From the NCBI GenBank assembly GCA_030141605.1, contig JAQGDQ010000542.1, positions 62,001 to 126,000 of the forward strand: a DNA stretch of 64,000 bases. Reading direction: 5' to 3'. Below, piece after piece: positions 36,801 through 51,800 of the stretch (the stretch's first letter is position 1; every line of letters begins with the position of its first letter). The position numbers and the translations under genes are program-made. Source of the DNA: Tubiluchus corallicola. Its lineage: Eukaryota; Animalia; Priapulida. The notes below the pieces were generated by a model. That model was given only the letters and a program-made list of their open reading frames with translations, was not told the origin of the DNA and searched no databases.

Positions 36801-39800
36801 ATTGTTTTTTACGGTCTGAGCACGGTTTTTGTAAGTGCATGTGCAGTTCTGCATACTGCAAACTGTGATGCCATACTTATTTCCATGCTTCAACTAATGT
36901 TCTCAGCATTGTAAATAAACATAGTTACAGCATAGGACATGAAACTCACCAGAGGCTGTTTTCTCAGTAATCACTAATCCATTTAGTGGCATGACTCAAC
37001 ATTGCTTAACCTCTGCAGCTAAGACTGCACCAGTTATTCTTCTCGCCTGGTATTTTATACATAAAAACTTTACAAAAGTGTTTTTTACTTAGCACACCAC
37101 AAACAATTATTCAGTGCATCAGTATTTGTTGAAGCAGTAGAATCTCTTCAGCTCAGTGTTACTAGTGTTAGCTGAAGCAGACAAGGAATAGACAGCTATT
37201 ATAGCATAACAAAGTGGCTATTTTTTCTTGATAATAAATTGAATCGTATAGTTGTAGAAAATACCATCTGAGAAATGCCTGAAAACCAATTAATTAATTT
37301 CTGTGGCCTAATTTTTGCTATTTTTAGATATTTTACTATACACAAGCAAATGTTTTTTTAGCTATTTTTTTGTTTAAAACACCACTATTTTTAGATATTT
37401 TACTATACAGCGCCATTGAAAACATTTTGCTTGAACGTGCACTTTGTAAAATATATTTTATTATCGTAAAACTTTTGTTTACTGTTCAACTGAAAGGTTT
37501 AAATATAGTACACATTGATTTTGAAATCAAGTACATCTGCAAACAGTTGAGCCTCAAAGTTTTAATATTCTTGTTTACAGAGACTAAATTCAGATATTGT
37601 ACATTTAGGTACCTATCTCACCTATGTATGATTGAGACATACGCATCTGCCGCATCATCGGCAGCATTTCCTACAGGTATCTCTCTTCTCTCTTACCTGT
37701 ACAACGAAGCGTTGCATCACGCAAGCTCTTCTCTCTACCCCGTGCTCTTGTCACTGCTGCAGATAAGTTGTAAGCCGTATCTGTGCTTCATTCGTGATTG
37801 GGTGTTCCACGGCACGTGCAGGGACGACTACGGTGAATTCATGATGAACGTCAGCGACATTTATGTCAATGCTAAAGGTGAGTTTATATATTTTTTATTC
37901 TTTCCTTTATTGTTCTAACAATGTTCTACACTTGGTTTTGTTACTAATGCTAAGTATGTGCATTTATAACGCACAATAAAATTGGACGTGTTGGATATCG
38001 ACAACTTTAATGAGCGTCTTGAGTAGCATTGAGTGTGAAAAATTATTGCTGGGATTTGGAGCTCAGAGAAAATAGGGATTTTAAATTTACAGATTATATT
38101 TGACCAAATTATTTTGTGTCGTGTGTAGCGAAACAAAAATGTCATCAGTAAGATTGGCTTAACAATTATTGAGCATGCGTGCACGTGTGTGCGTGCATAC
38201 TGTGTGCATGTGTGAGCGTGCATGCATATGTGTGTTTAATCAAAAGAGCAAACTGTAACTTATAATTTGACATAAATATTATTAAATTTCATTGCTTGCT
38301 TCCTAATGAAATCAGACCTCGAAGTTGCATTTTCTCTCAAAGCATTTTGTTTGGTTTTGCTCGTGAAACTTCTGAAAATCACAGGCTAGACAAGTGTCCT
38401 AGCAACGGCTTACTTGGTTAACGCATTGTTTCTGTGATGTTGGATTTGTGTTAGCAACTGCTTCCTTGGTTACTGCGTTGTTTCTGTGATGTTAGATTTG
38501 TGTTAGCAACTGCTTCCTTGGTTACTGCGTTGTTTCTGTGATGTTAGATTTGTGTTAGCAACTGCTTCCTTGGTTACTGCGTTGTTTCTGTGATGTTAGA
38601 TTTGTGTTAGCAACGGCTTCCTTAGTTACTGCGTTGGTTTTGTGATGCTGGATTTGTGTTAGCAACTGCTTCCTTGTTTACCGCGTTGGTTCTGTGATGC
38701 TGGATTTGTAAACTATGCTGCACAGTGAAATGTGGCAAGTGATGACCAAACTAGAACACTGTTATAACTAAGGAGTAAGCAGTTCCTGGCATCACTTAAT
38801 GAGTAAAACAACAAAATGAAGTTCCAGACTTTCTTTAGAAACGACCCCTTCACACCAGATTTCCTGTTATGCAAACCACTAAGAAAAAGTTAAAAACATC
38901 TGAAAATCTTAGTTAGGGCATTTTTTCTATTTGTATATGCCTTTAAAACCTTTTAAAGTGGGTTTTGTTGTTTTGTCACTAAAAGCATTCAGTGTTTGGT
39001 TTTCTTGTCAGTAAAAATGTTCTGCTATATGACAGAATTTCTGTTTGTCCACGTAATATCTCAAAAAGCTGTCAAATAGTTTCGTTGCAGTGAAGTACAA
39101 TTGCCCACCTGTTTATCTTAACATCATTTGCAGAGTGTAATTAAAATTTACCTTATATGGGAGGTGACACTGTTGCCATAATTATGGGCTGCAGAAAAGT
39201 GCAAAGCTGCAGATGAAGTTTGTTTACAGCATTTAGCGGATGAAATTTGTGGAATTTGTATTCCAGATGAAAGATTCTGGAAGAAAGCTTTCACCATGGC
39301 AACCAAACCAGATGCAAGTGTCCCGTCATTTTTACGAGATTTGGCGGAAGAGATGTACGTTTGCGGGAAAACCGTTTATTTGATGAGGCTTAATTGTCCG
39401 GAGGTAAATTTTTACAGATTAGTTAAGTCTGGAAATTTTGTCTTATTTCACTTTCAAAACAAGGTCTTAGGTGGCGTAAAACATGGCAGCCATTTTTGTT
39501 TCGCACTTTTACTTTTGTATCTATTTGCTTGATGTCTGTCTGAGAGTTTAACTTAGCTTCAAAACACTAAGATTTTTTCTACTAAAATTTCACCACTTCG
39601 CTGCCTGTATGACGAGGCTGTACCATCATGCTTAGTCCACTGACGCCCGCCAGTAGTAATGATACCTGCACATGCCAGACACACTTCGTGAATCAGGCTA
39701 TTGATAATAAACTGCAGTGCTGCCCTCTCTTAGCCAAAAAGTTAATATATGTGCTACAAAATGCTTGTAGCCAAAAACGTGGGTAAAACTTGCAGAAAAG

Positions 39801-42800
39801 ATTGCTGTTATTGTTGAATGTACAATGCGCTGCAGTCTAAGCAAATCATAAAGCTGAAATCGATGCGTTTCAAAGGCAAAATTACAGAAACATTTTGGGT
39901 ATTAGATGGCCAAAGAAAATTTCAAACAAAGATCTATATGAAAAAATAAAAGAAGAACCTTGGACAAGAAAAATAAAAACATGTCGTTTAACATGGATTG
40001 GGCATATGCTTAGACTACCTGATGATATTCCAGTGAAGATAGCTCTTCAACAACCCATAGAAGCAGCTAAAAAACCAGCAGGAGGACAAATGTTAACATA
40101 TTTAGATTTTGCACAGAAAGATTTAAACACTTCGGCATTGATTCTTAGAAATAAGTGCACATGGGGCACTGCAGCGAATAGGGAATCCTGGCGTAGGGAG
40201 GTGAGCAGAATCATGTCCTTGGAAGTGTGATTCATTGGATGATGATAATGAGTCTGTTGCTTTATGACTTTTGTTTTCTATCCTATAATTTTGAAACATA
40301 TCACACAAAACAAAACTACTTTTGAAATAATTCGATGAAACTGGTGGACATGAAAATGGTGGTACTCATTATGGAGGTGGCGGACAGCAACTGTGACGGC
40401 AGTAGTGGAAATTATGGTGATGTCAACAATTACGGTGGTGGCAATGACAGTTTTGACAATAAAACTGATGGAGATGAAGCAAAAGTTGCAGTAATCAGTG
40501 GTCTATAGTAGTATCTCGGGCAGTAGCAACTTTTCCTTTTTTTTACATATTCCCTTACACAATTTAAATTACACACCAGTGGAGAGGATAATATAAATTC
40601 CAAAACTTTATCGTAAAATATTGATTATAAGATCGCTGTGAACTTTGAATAAACCTTAACTAGCCACGTTGTTTTTCAGCATTACATTTGCAATCTGGGA
40701 AATCTTCCTCCAGCATTAACTATAACATTCTCATCTGCTGAATTATCAACCACCGTAGCAAAGTGTGAATTATACTCTAGTCGTGTTACTTCTCTGGCTG
40801 AAGAAAGGTTCGCTTTTGTATTTCTGATATTATTATTTCTTATACAATGTTCCCTCGCTTACCGCGGGTGTTCCGTTCCAGCCCACCTGCGATAAGTGAA
40901 TTTCTGCGAAGTAGGGACGCTATACTTATTTTAGTAGTTATACTTTATTTTGAGTCTTTATAAACCCTCCCCACACTCTTATACATAACCCTTTCCCAGT
41001 CTTATACAACACATCGTGTGTCTCACGTCAGCAAGTAGCATCTTAAGCGGGCGCAAGTACTGCATTTCATTTTTGGTGTGTATTCATCCGCCAAATAAAT
41101 ACACTATTTACTGTAAATGGTAATTTTTTATTATTTATAATATTCTTTTAATGTTAGAATTAATACTTTTAATATATTTCTATACATTTCGTGATTTTTT
41201 ATGCAAAATTCATCAAATCTATACATTACTGTACAATACGTACTACGCATGTGCAAAAATACTTTAGACAGAGTACCGCAACAACCCGTGAAACAGAGAA
41301 TATACCGCGACAAACGAACCCTGAAGTAGCGAGGGAACACTGTACTATTTCTTGTATTAGCTAAGCAATTGCTAAAGCCACAATGAGTTGTTACGTTTGT
41401 CAACATGGTAGGGCTAAGCAGTCTTTATCAGAAAGTGAATTCCAATCGAATTTTTAGCTTTCAAATTCGAATTGATTTTGAACTCAGTTTTAAAGGTTTT
41501 CATACAAATTTTTTGAATCAGTAGCGGAAAGCGGTATCACAAAGATCGTGCATATTGCTTGATTTTGTTCTGCAGCAAAAACACTAATAATTTGTTTAAA
41601 AATTGTGCATAGAAATCACAGCTAAATTGTGCTGACTGCACGTTTTAATGATAAATAGCGGTAGCTGATGTGGCGAATGATTCGAATCCATACTCTTAGG
41701 TTCTAATCGAGTTTAAAGTAAAAAAACTGGTTTGAATTCGATTCAAACCTTCAAACCTGACTACACGAATATTTTAAACTCTTCTCTAAATATTTAACAG
41801 AATTCTGAGAGACGAGGCAAAATTGGCCCAAGTCAAAGAAGATAGGAGGAAAGTATCACACGAAGTCAGGTTGCAATATATGAACGATTATAATAAAATG
41901 CAAGGTACAAAAAATATTTTTTTATTATTAAGTAAGTGAATCCAGTGTGTCTTACTTAACGTAACCTTATGCACATAACTACATGTAGGTGAAACACGTG
42001 GTTATTCTTATTATTATACTACACGTGTAGTTTTCAATTAACATGTTATTCTTATCCGAAAACATTTAGCAAAATAGCAGCAGTAATCTGTGTAAAATGA
42101 AATAATTGAAATAAAAATTATCACCATGAACTGTTATTATTACAATGGAATGGCCCTCAAGGCATTGTCTAATGTGAACAAATGCGTTGTTTGGTTCAGG
42201 TAACGTTATTAGGTTCACTTAACCTTTGCCGTTTTCACAATCATCATCAATCGCTGGAACTATGAAAAGGCTTATTTCAAGGCCACATTTGGTACCAAAT
42301 TCTAATAATGATTGATATTTATAAAAGCTATATTTATTACTATTCCAGTTTTCACGAATTTAGTTTTTGCAGAATCTTTTACTTTCTTCTAACAAAACGT
42401 GAAATACTTTTCTCAAATTAGCTGGCAACTAACAATATCAGTCGGATTATGAGTATGATTGCCAACTATAGGTAGAGCTGTTGGATTGTGTACTACAAGG
42501 AGGAAATCTGAGGCCTGCTCTGTCATTTTTAAGTAAATGCTCAGCTGACAGAGCATGGGAGTATTAATCCCAGATCTCTGGTTCAAATCCCGACTAGTAA
42601 ACAATTTTTTAGTGTCTTTTTCTCCAACTCATTACCCACAAACAGGTAATAATTGTTAAAAATAAACCGCAATACAAACACTCTGGTAATCAAAGTCATA
42701 ATCTAACTAATTAATAAAAATCTCGACCTTACTTTTAATTAGTCTCACATTCTTTTCATATTGAAACTAAAGACATTGTTCATTACACGCATCAGTGGCC

Positions 42801-45800
42801 AGTGGTCAGTCAGGTCGGGGCTACAATAAACTAAGTGAAATGGGCTACAATTTTTGAAACTCTTTGCTGATGACAGGAGGTACATGTTAACGTTCTTCTT
42901 AAAATACAGGGTAGCAACTTTCTGGTAAAGAATTCCAAAGAAAAGAAGCTTGAGGAAAAAACTTTATTGAGATAAAGCTGTTTTACATCTAGAATTGTCC
43001 GCAGTAAAATACGATGAGAAGTCTTGAGAGTATCATCCATTAAATCAGCAAAAAAGAGCATTAATACAGCAACAAATTTTTGATTTACTTATTCTTGACT
43101 TTTATTTGTTTTCTTTCTGCAGATCAGCAAGAGCAAAAGCGGAAAGCCGAAGATGCAGCAAAACGGCAACGGCTCGAGGAGATAAGAGAGCAAATGGAAG
43201 AGCAAAAAGAGGTATAGTTTCACAGATCTATGTATGTAAGAACATTTTCTTGACTTTTGGGTACATTTTGTTTTCAGCATTGACCTTTACCGTTTTTTTT
43301 ATGTAAACTGGTCATGCTAAATTGTTTACCTGAACCTGAATGCAAACGTATTCATAATAGCAGTGATAATAGTAATGATGATGATGATGATACTGTTGCA
43401 GAGGTGGCCAGGGTTCTCAAGTCCAGGGTTCAAATCTGGATCAGTCAAACCATGTTGCAGACGAATATTGTAGATGAGAAAATAAACGACAAGTTTGAAA
43501 ATTCAAATAGAAAATTTCTCGTATAAATTAGCCAGAATCTTTTCCTGCGTTTCTCATGCTGATCATGATTACGGAACAGGTGCTTAGGTGGTAAACACAC
43601 CTGTCCATCTGCAGACTGAACCAATGAAGCCATTCCATACCAGCTACAGTACTTATAACTGCTATGCAGTGCTGATGTGCAATGGTTTCGTAATGGATCG
43701 AACCATCACAATGTAGAAGGGGTCGAAAATAAATGGCATTACCCCTGTAACAGTACAATAATAATAATGATCAAGTGCCCTTGTTATTTGTTTGATTCAT
43801 ATTCAAAATAGTTTGCTTTTTAAATTGTTGACTAGTAATGTTCTAGATGAATCATTTTGATTGTGGCATTTATACCTATATAGATGGCGTTGTATTATGT
43901 TTATGTGTGAGTTGCTAAAGTTTCATATTTGGACATTTACCTACTTGGTTAGAGAAAGACAAGAATTAAGCAACGGGAAGCTGATGAAGATGCTGATAGG
44001 GTACGCAAAGCAACGAAACAAGAAGCAGAGAAGGCAGAGGATGAAGCCGATCTTGAACGAAAAGTCAGGTAAATTACTCTGCCGGTCTTGAACCAAAGTC
44101 AGGTAAATTACTCTGCCGGTCTTGAACCAAAGTCAGGTAAATTACTCGGCCGGTCTTGAACCAATGTCAGGTAAATTACTCTGCCGGTCTTGAACCAAAG
44201 TCGGGTAAATTGCTCTGCCGGTCTTGAACCAAAGTCAGGTAAATTACTCTGCCGGTCTTGAACCAAAGTCAGGTAAATTACTCGGCCGGTCTTGAACCAA
44301 TGTCAGGTAAATTACTCTGCCGGTCTTGAACCAAAGTCGGGTAAATTGCTCTGCCGGTCTTGAACCAAAGTCAGGTAAATTACTCTGCCGGTCTTGAACC
44401 AAAGTCAGGTAAATTACTCGGCCGGTCTTGAACCAATGTCAGGTAAATTACTCTGCCGGTCTTGAACCAAAGTCGGGTAAATTGCTCTGCCGGTCTTGAA
44501 CCAAAGTCAGGTAAATTACTCTGCCGGTCTTGAACCAAAGTCAGGTAAATTACTCTGCCGATCTTGAGCAAATAGTCAGGCAAATTACTCTGCTGATCTT
44601 GAACCAAAGTCAGGTAAGTTACTTTGCCGGTCTTGAACGAAAGTCAAATAAATTACCCTGCCGGTCTTGAACAAAAAGTCAGGTAAATGATCCTGCCGAT
44701 CTTGAGTGAAAAGTCAGGTAAATTACCCTGCTGATCTCAAATCTTCTAGACTATATACTAGAGTCTATGGCTATATACTAACGAAAATATACTACTTCTG
44801 AATATAAATTCTCGGTCGTGGTGGGTGCCGCCTTTCACTTGAAAATTATGACGTAACTGGGAGAGTTCGTGACTTTTCGTAAGTGCGTCGCGGGTTTCCA
44901 TAAGCGATGCAGCTTAAACTATTTCAAACTTCTGTACTTCACCTACTGTTCTGGCGAAAACATGGCAAAATTAGCTATGTAATTTTTTGGTAAAAACTTT
45001 TTATGCTTTGTTGAAGATTGACAGTGTGCTACTTTTCTTCAAGACGAATGATATCATTGGAAGAATTGGACGTCATTTGGACATGCAAAATGAGAATGCC
45101 CATGCATGAAGTGATTGCGACTTTAAAGTGATTTTACTAATGACACGAGGCACTTATTGCAGTTTTATTACTAAATCCTACTAACTTTTTTAGTGAACAT
45201 TTCATAAACAGTAAAACAGGCGTACAAAAATCTGATTCTCTATGAGCAATGAAATACTTACACGAATGCCTCTCAGATCACTAAATTGTATGAAGTATAA
45301 CGCCTTCCTGCATTTGTTGTGGTTGATCATACACTCGGATTTGGTGAAGTCATATAATAATGTAGCTATATTAATTCTTCACAATATGTAACTACTTGTA
45401 AGTGTAATGAGTTGGAAACTCTTAGAAATGCCCGCACTGGGTTGTGAACCAAGGTCTCCTGCATTGAGGACAGTATTGGTAATAGCTTGCATTGTTTTCA
45501 ACTTTTCCATCAACTGAAATGTCAAATTTTGATAAAGCTCAACTTTGTTACCAAGCTTTACTCAGAAGTTTGTTTTTGTTTGCTTGTTTGTTTGTTTGTT
45601 TATTTGTATGTTTGTTTGTTTGCTGATTTTTTGATCAACTGTTTTCTGTTTATTTTTTGTCTATTTTACACTACAGTATTCAGAATTCCTACAAGAAACT
45701 TTGCTGTCTCTTCAGGTCTGAGTTGATAGAATATTACGCTGTCATATCGGAGAAGATGGAAGCCAGAGAGCAGTTGGCGATTTGGAAAACGCAGCGATAT

Positions 45801-48800
45801 CGGCTTACTGCCAAGAGAAACCAGTTTCTTCAGGCAGAAGACGACACTTTACAACAAGAAATGGCAAAACTGCGCCGTACAGAAGCCACCTCAAAATCGT
45901 CATCAGACGATTCTGTCAGCGCCGCATTCGGTCGTTCGGCAACGGAATCTAAAGTTGATGTGGTGAAGGACCTGGCAAAGTCTAATACTGATGCATCAGC
46001 AGTTTCAGAAGATACTACAGATACCCATGTAACTGAAAAACTTGTAGATGTCGCTTTGCCATCCACGGTTGCTGGATTATCGTCGGATCAAGCAGTTGGT
46101 AACTTGCTGGATTTTTCCGTGGATCCACAGATTTCCTCGCAGCTTTTACTCCCAGAAGAAAAGTCTAGCAATGTGTCTATGACTTGTGATGATTTACTGA
46201 TAGACTTTTCTGTAGACAAGTTGGAAATAGCCTCGAAAAGTGAACCAAGTGTTGATGAAATTATTTACATTGGCAAAAAAGTTGATTTTGAAAATGCTAC
46301 AGAATTTAATGGCAAAGTTGCTCAACCAGAACCGGTTGAGGAAAAACTTAGTGATCTGACATTCGGAGAAGTGAATCCCGAGGAAGAGCAGCAGAAAGGC
46401 CGTGCAAGTGCTGAGGCACCATCGCTCCGGCAGAAACTGACTAAGTCACCATTAGGTGGTGCTTTTACTAACCTGATGGATTTGTCTATTACGAAGTTGC
46501 CAAAGTGGGAAACGAAAGTTTTGCCAAGTAGTACAGACGTAGTTAGAAAAATTGAGAAAAAATCCACTGATAGCATAAGCAGAACAGAAATTGATATACT
46601 CGATGAGCCAATCATAATGTTGCCTGATGACGCTACTGAAAAGTCGGAATCGGGAACGAATCTTATTGCAAAGAGTGCCGGCAGTGAAATAAGCGTCATC
46701 AGTCAACCTGATAGTGCAGCACAAACTGTAGCAAGTGAGGTGAATGCTCTTACTTCTAAAGACTCTAATACTGAAATAATAACTGTTTTTGATGATGCCT
46801 TAGAAACGCCAGTACTGGAAGAACAGAGTATTGTTTCTAAAGCTTCTGCTAGCGTATCTGATGATAGATCAGAGAAGCGTCAAAGCTTGCCAAGTGATGC
46901 TGCTGCAGCATTTGATAATGGTGCCAAAACTCTAGAAGCCGAGAAAACGATGATTGTTGCCAAGGAACACACTGCAGGGATGCCCATATCAGTATCTGAT
47001 CTTCTTCGAAATTCTCTCTCACCAACATGTGTCAGAGTTGTTGAAAGTGTAGATCCAATAGAAAAACAGAACAGTGGCGTGTCCGTGTCTGCAAAAAAGG
47101 CCCATGTGTCTGATATGTCCGAAGGATCGATGGTATTCATTCCTCGGAAAAAGAAAACATTTTCCCAGATATCAGATACGACTTGGGAGCCAGGAAGTGC
47201 CCTGAAACAGAGGTCTGGATTGCTGAAAGTTACGTCTTTGGCACCACACGTGGAACAGCCTAAACTTCTTGGAAGCGGCCGTTGTTTAAGCGAACAAGAA
47301 GATGATTCTACAGATTTGGGAATAAGTGCACAAAATGATGATGATAGAAACGAGGTTCAGACAGTTAATGCTAAAGTACCGTTTATTTCTGAGGCAGTTG
47401 ACAATGATTCTGCTGATGGAAGAGCAGTTCCAGATATGCTAATGGACACTGAAGCGTACTCGACTCACATTGTTCGTGAGCGAAACGTGCACGGACACGC
47501 CTCGGATGCCACCGTGCAGGATCTACTTAGGACCCGTGAAGTGTTGGGAAATGACATCGCAATAAGACGGGTACGCAGCGCAAGAGAACAACGTGTTCAA
47601 ATGCGGTTTGATGAATTGAGCGAAGCTACTCGGGAGAGGAAAGCTCACGGTAGCCACTCATCTGATTCGACGGTGCAGCGTTATTTAGGAGGAGATCGTG
47701 AATTGAAGTCTGCACCATTAGGTGAGTTTATTAGTTGCACCATTAGGTGATTTTATTAGTTGCACCATTAGGTGATTTTATTAGTTGCACCATTAGATGA
47801 GTTTATTAGTTGCACCATTAGGTGATTTTATTAGTTGCACCATTAAGTGAGTTTATTGGTTGCACCATTAGGTGAGTTTATTAGTTGCACCATTAGGTGA
47901 TTTTATTAGTTGCACTATTAGGTGAGTTCATTAGTTGCACCATTAGGTGAGTTTATTGGTTGCACCATTAGGTGAGTTTATTAGTTGCACCATTAGGTGA
48001 TTTTATTAGTTGCACTATTAGATGAGTTCATTAGTTGCACCATTAGGTGAGTTTATTAGTTTATGTATTTTGTATGCAGTTAATGTAAAGTCCTGTCTTC
48101 AAGAACAAACATGCAAAAAACCCTAGATTTCTAATAAGTACTGCAAATCTAGTAAAATTTAATGTAACAAATGTTCATGTGTGTCAGCAGTAGAATGGTT
48201 TTTCAAAAATCTTAGCCTAACAATGAATAACAAGGCTAATTATGTTACAATTTTGGCTCAAATCTTACTATTTTACCTTTCAATGTAAGCTTATAATCAT
48301 TTTTGTTGCTGTGTCTTGACATTTGGAATAATAAATAAAAAAACAAAATAAATGAAATGAAATAGTGGCAAATGACAGGTATAGAAAAAATGTAAAGCTT
48401 CATCACCACTAGGTTTATTAACAGCAACTATACCAGAAGGTTTTGACAGTGTAATGTTTTTATAATTATTATACATATACATTTTTGTATACTCTGTGTA
48501 TCTCCGGTTAAACTAGTACTTTTTGTTGTTTTTTGCATAGATGTTTCTACCATAGACGAAGGTTGGTTAGAGAGACGATATCATTGGGAAGAGATTAAAC
48601 CAGAATCGTACACAAGTGATTATGAACGCCTTAGTCCCAGGCTAAGTATGGACTAGCTATTATAATAGTCATTTTTTTATTACAGGCACTTAAAACATTT
48701 ATACTTTATTAAAAACACCACAATTTGATTTAAATTTTTAATTTACATTGTTAATTTACATAGCTTTTAACTATCTAAATTAAAAGTTGTAATAAAGTTG

Positions 48801-51800
48801 TGGCATTTTAACTATAAATGTTATTATAGTGTTCTCGAAATTACGCATTCTTCCAAAATTGAGAAAGACAGATCTCTTTAGCGTTTCTGGAAGAACTGGA
48901 AGAAATTTTCCAACGATTTTTATATCTAAAAAGATATTTTCCAAAGAGTTTTACATCTAATACTATCAGGCGCTTCAACTTATTATGGAAATGGATTACT
49001 GGAAACAAAACGTAGTAATAAAATGTTTTAAGAAATTTAAACACGCTTACAGTATAATATAATTATCAGTTATGCTGATGGACTGAAATTGATTTTGAAA
49101 TCTATTTTGTATTTAAAATGATGAAGATCATTCTTACTCTTATTTTGAAATGATGTTGAGTTGATATTATTGATGGAATTTAGATTTATTGAAATATATT
49201 GATGATAATGAAAATAATGATTTCATCAGTCATATGCCACATTGCTCAGTAAGACAGACATACATGCATTTAATAATATCTTCAATCCTTAGTATCGACA
49301 TTTTATTGTCAATTGTAGTGTGTTTGTTTGTTCCTTTACAAAATTGTTGTACAAACAATAAACTCAGTGATTACAGAAGTCATTATAAGCACGTGAGGGC
49401 CAGACCTCCGCTACATCACTGGCATTCTCTTCTGGACACTGTCAGGGGCGTAGCCAGGTTCTAAAGTTAGGGGGAGCATGCACATAAAAAGGCATCGTGA
49501 AACGTACCAACATTTTTAGCGTGGTGGTTATACATTTTAATTTTGTGTTTAAGATCAAAATACGAGGGTTATACAGTTTTAAAGGAAGTACATAATTCTT
49601 ATTTTGTATTTAATACTAAAACTTCTTAGCGCTTTTCCACTGCACTCCTTACCAAAAAAATTTACGGTAGCATAATTGTTTTTCTGAACAATCTTAACGA
49701 TTGACATGATATAACTTCTTCATAATAAAATATAAAGACACTGAAACTTGCCTTTGCAATATCTAATTGGCAGTAGGCCTACTACCAGACAATCTTGTGA
49801 CAAAAACATTTTATAATAATTAGATTTGGGGCAATTTGATCTTTAGTTTGATCAGTCAACCTTGACAAACAAGTTGCATAAGTGCACTCCTCATTTCAAA
49901 AACACGTGAAGCAGATTGGTCAATAAAGTAATGACTCCGGAAAATTCTTCCAGTGCCATGTGATTAAAAAAAAAAAAAAATTCAACTTCCATCGCACAGG
50001 TGAACTAATGAGTTAAAAATTGTTAGAAAGGTGCCAATTTTGAAAAATCTGCTTGGCAAAATCGGGAAAGTGTCGCCCCCCTTAACCCCCCCCTTCCTTC
50101 TCTATCTCCTACATCACTGCACTCTATACCATTAAACTTCAAAATTCTACTCATACAATAAATGTTGGGTGGCTTGTTTGGAGTAAATAAATCTGAAATT
50201 ATACGTAGAAAAGTGAAAATATGTTTATGCTTCGTTTATTCATCATTACGTATGTATCTTGACTTTTGTTTTGCAGAGGGAAGACCATCTGGTGACGTCA
50301 TGGCAACGGTGCGTGACTCTGTACGAAATTTGAGTGTGGATCTCGCCGTTTCGTCTGATGGCAGTGATGTGGACGCTTGTGATTACCTTCCTCTTCCTGT
50401 TCTGCTGGAAAGATGCATCACCGTTCCACTGCAAACTCAGTGAGTATTGTTAGTTATGCATCACCGTTCCACTGCAAACTCAGTGTGCATTGTTAGTTAT
50501 GCATCACCGTTCCACAGCAAACTCAGTGAGTATTGTTAGTTATGCATCACCGTTCCACTGCAAACTCAGTGAGTATTGTTAGCTATGCATCACCGTTCCA
50601 CTGCAAACTCAGTGAGTATTGTTAGCTATGCATCACCGTTCCACTGCAAACTCAGTGAGTATTGTTAGTTATGCATCACCGTTCCACTGCAAACTCGGTG
50701 AGTATTGTTAGCTATGCATCACCGTTCCACTGCAAACTCAGTGAGTATTGTTAGTTATGCATCACTGTTCCACTGCAAACTCGGTGAGTATTGTTAGTTG
50801 TATTTTATGCCTCATTCACACTAGCAAGCTTTCTCGCCAGGGCATTTGCAAGTGTTTCAGATGAAAGAACAAAATTTGTTGCGAGTTTCTCTTCGACAGT
50901 AAGGGCAGTCTGACATTCATTTCTTTATTCACTGCGATACGTGTCGTGAGTAACTCCTTCAGACATTCAGATTAAAGAGGAAGTCAACTTACAGCACTCA
51001 CATTTTTGAAGAGTTTGCAATTTCTTGTCGGCAGTAACTTGCAGTCATTCACACTTGCGAATTTCCTGTCAGAGAGAAAATTGGTAATCAGAGCGCACTG
51101 TTTAACCAATTTTGAGATTGCATTCTTGAGTTTTCAGTTTTCCTCGGAGAATTTTTTCATCTTTTGAAAAAAATCACACCCACTGTTTGTGGTGCCTTAG
51201 CATTTTATCCGAGGTTTGTAGAACTTTATAGTTTACATAAGAATTGTAGTGTTTTGAAGCGGCTATCAAAATATTGTGTAAATAAGACGTATAAAAATTT
51301 CTTATGTCACAGGTTGAATTAAATATGTAGTAATTGCAAAGAGCTAGAAAACACTAATTACTGCGATAAAAATTCATATTTACAAAGTGGAAATCTTCAA
51401 CGGTCACCCTTTGCTCATATGAAAGCTTAAAACACACATTTTTTATATCTGTAACTGGAAAACAAAATTGGATGACAGAACCTGAGGAATGTAAAACTAT
51501 ATGGTATTCTGAACTTGAAACTTTGCAAGATCATTTTGTTCCATCTCGCATTTTTGCAAGACCGGTCTCGTAAGACAAATATTAGTTCGTATAACTTTCT
51601 TTTGTTTTTTCTTCTTCCTTACTGCTTCTCACATGAAAAATTGTAGCACGTAGAAAATAGTTTTAAGTCTGTAATAATGTTTATTGATGTTAAGTTACAC
51701 CTGCACTACTAAATACAGTTAATAATACAATTAGTTAATAAATAAATAAATAAATACACAGTAAATAAACTGATTTACTGATTTATTTTTTTATTAAATC

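Noticed and set aside
42538-42600. Functional tRNA gene
   Set aside because: A- and B-box-like motifs are present but I cannot fold a convincing acceptor stem; more likely a SINE head.
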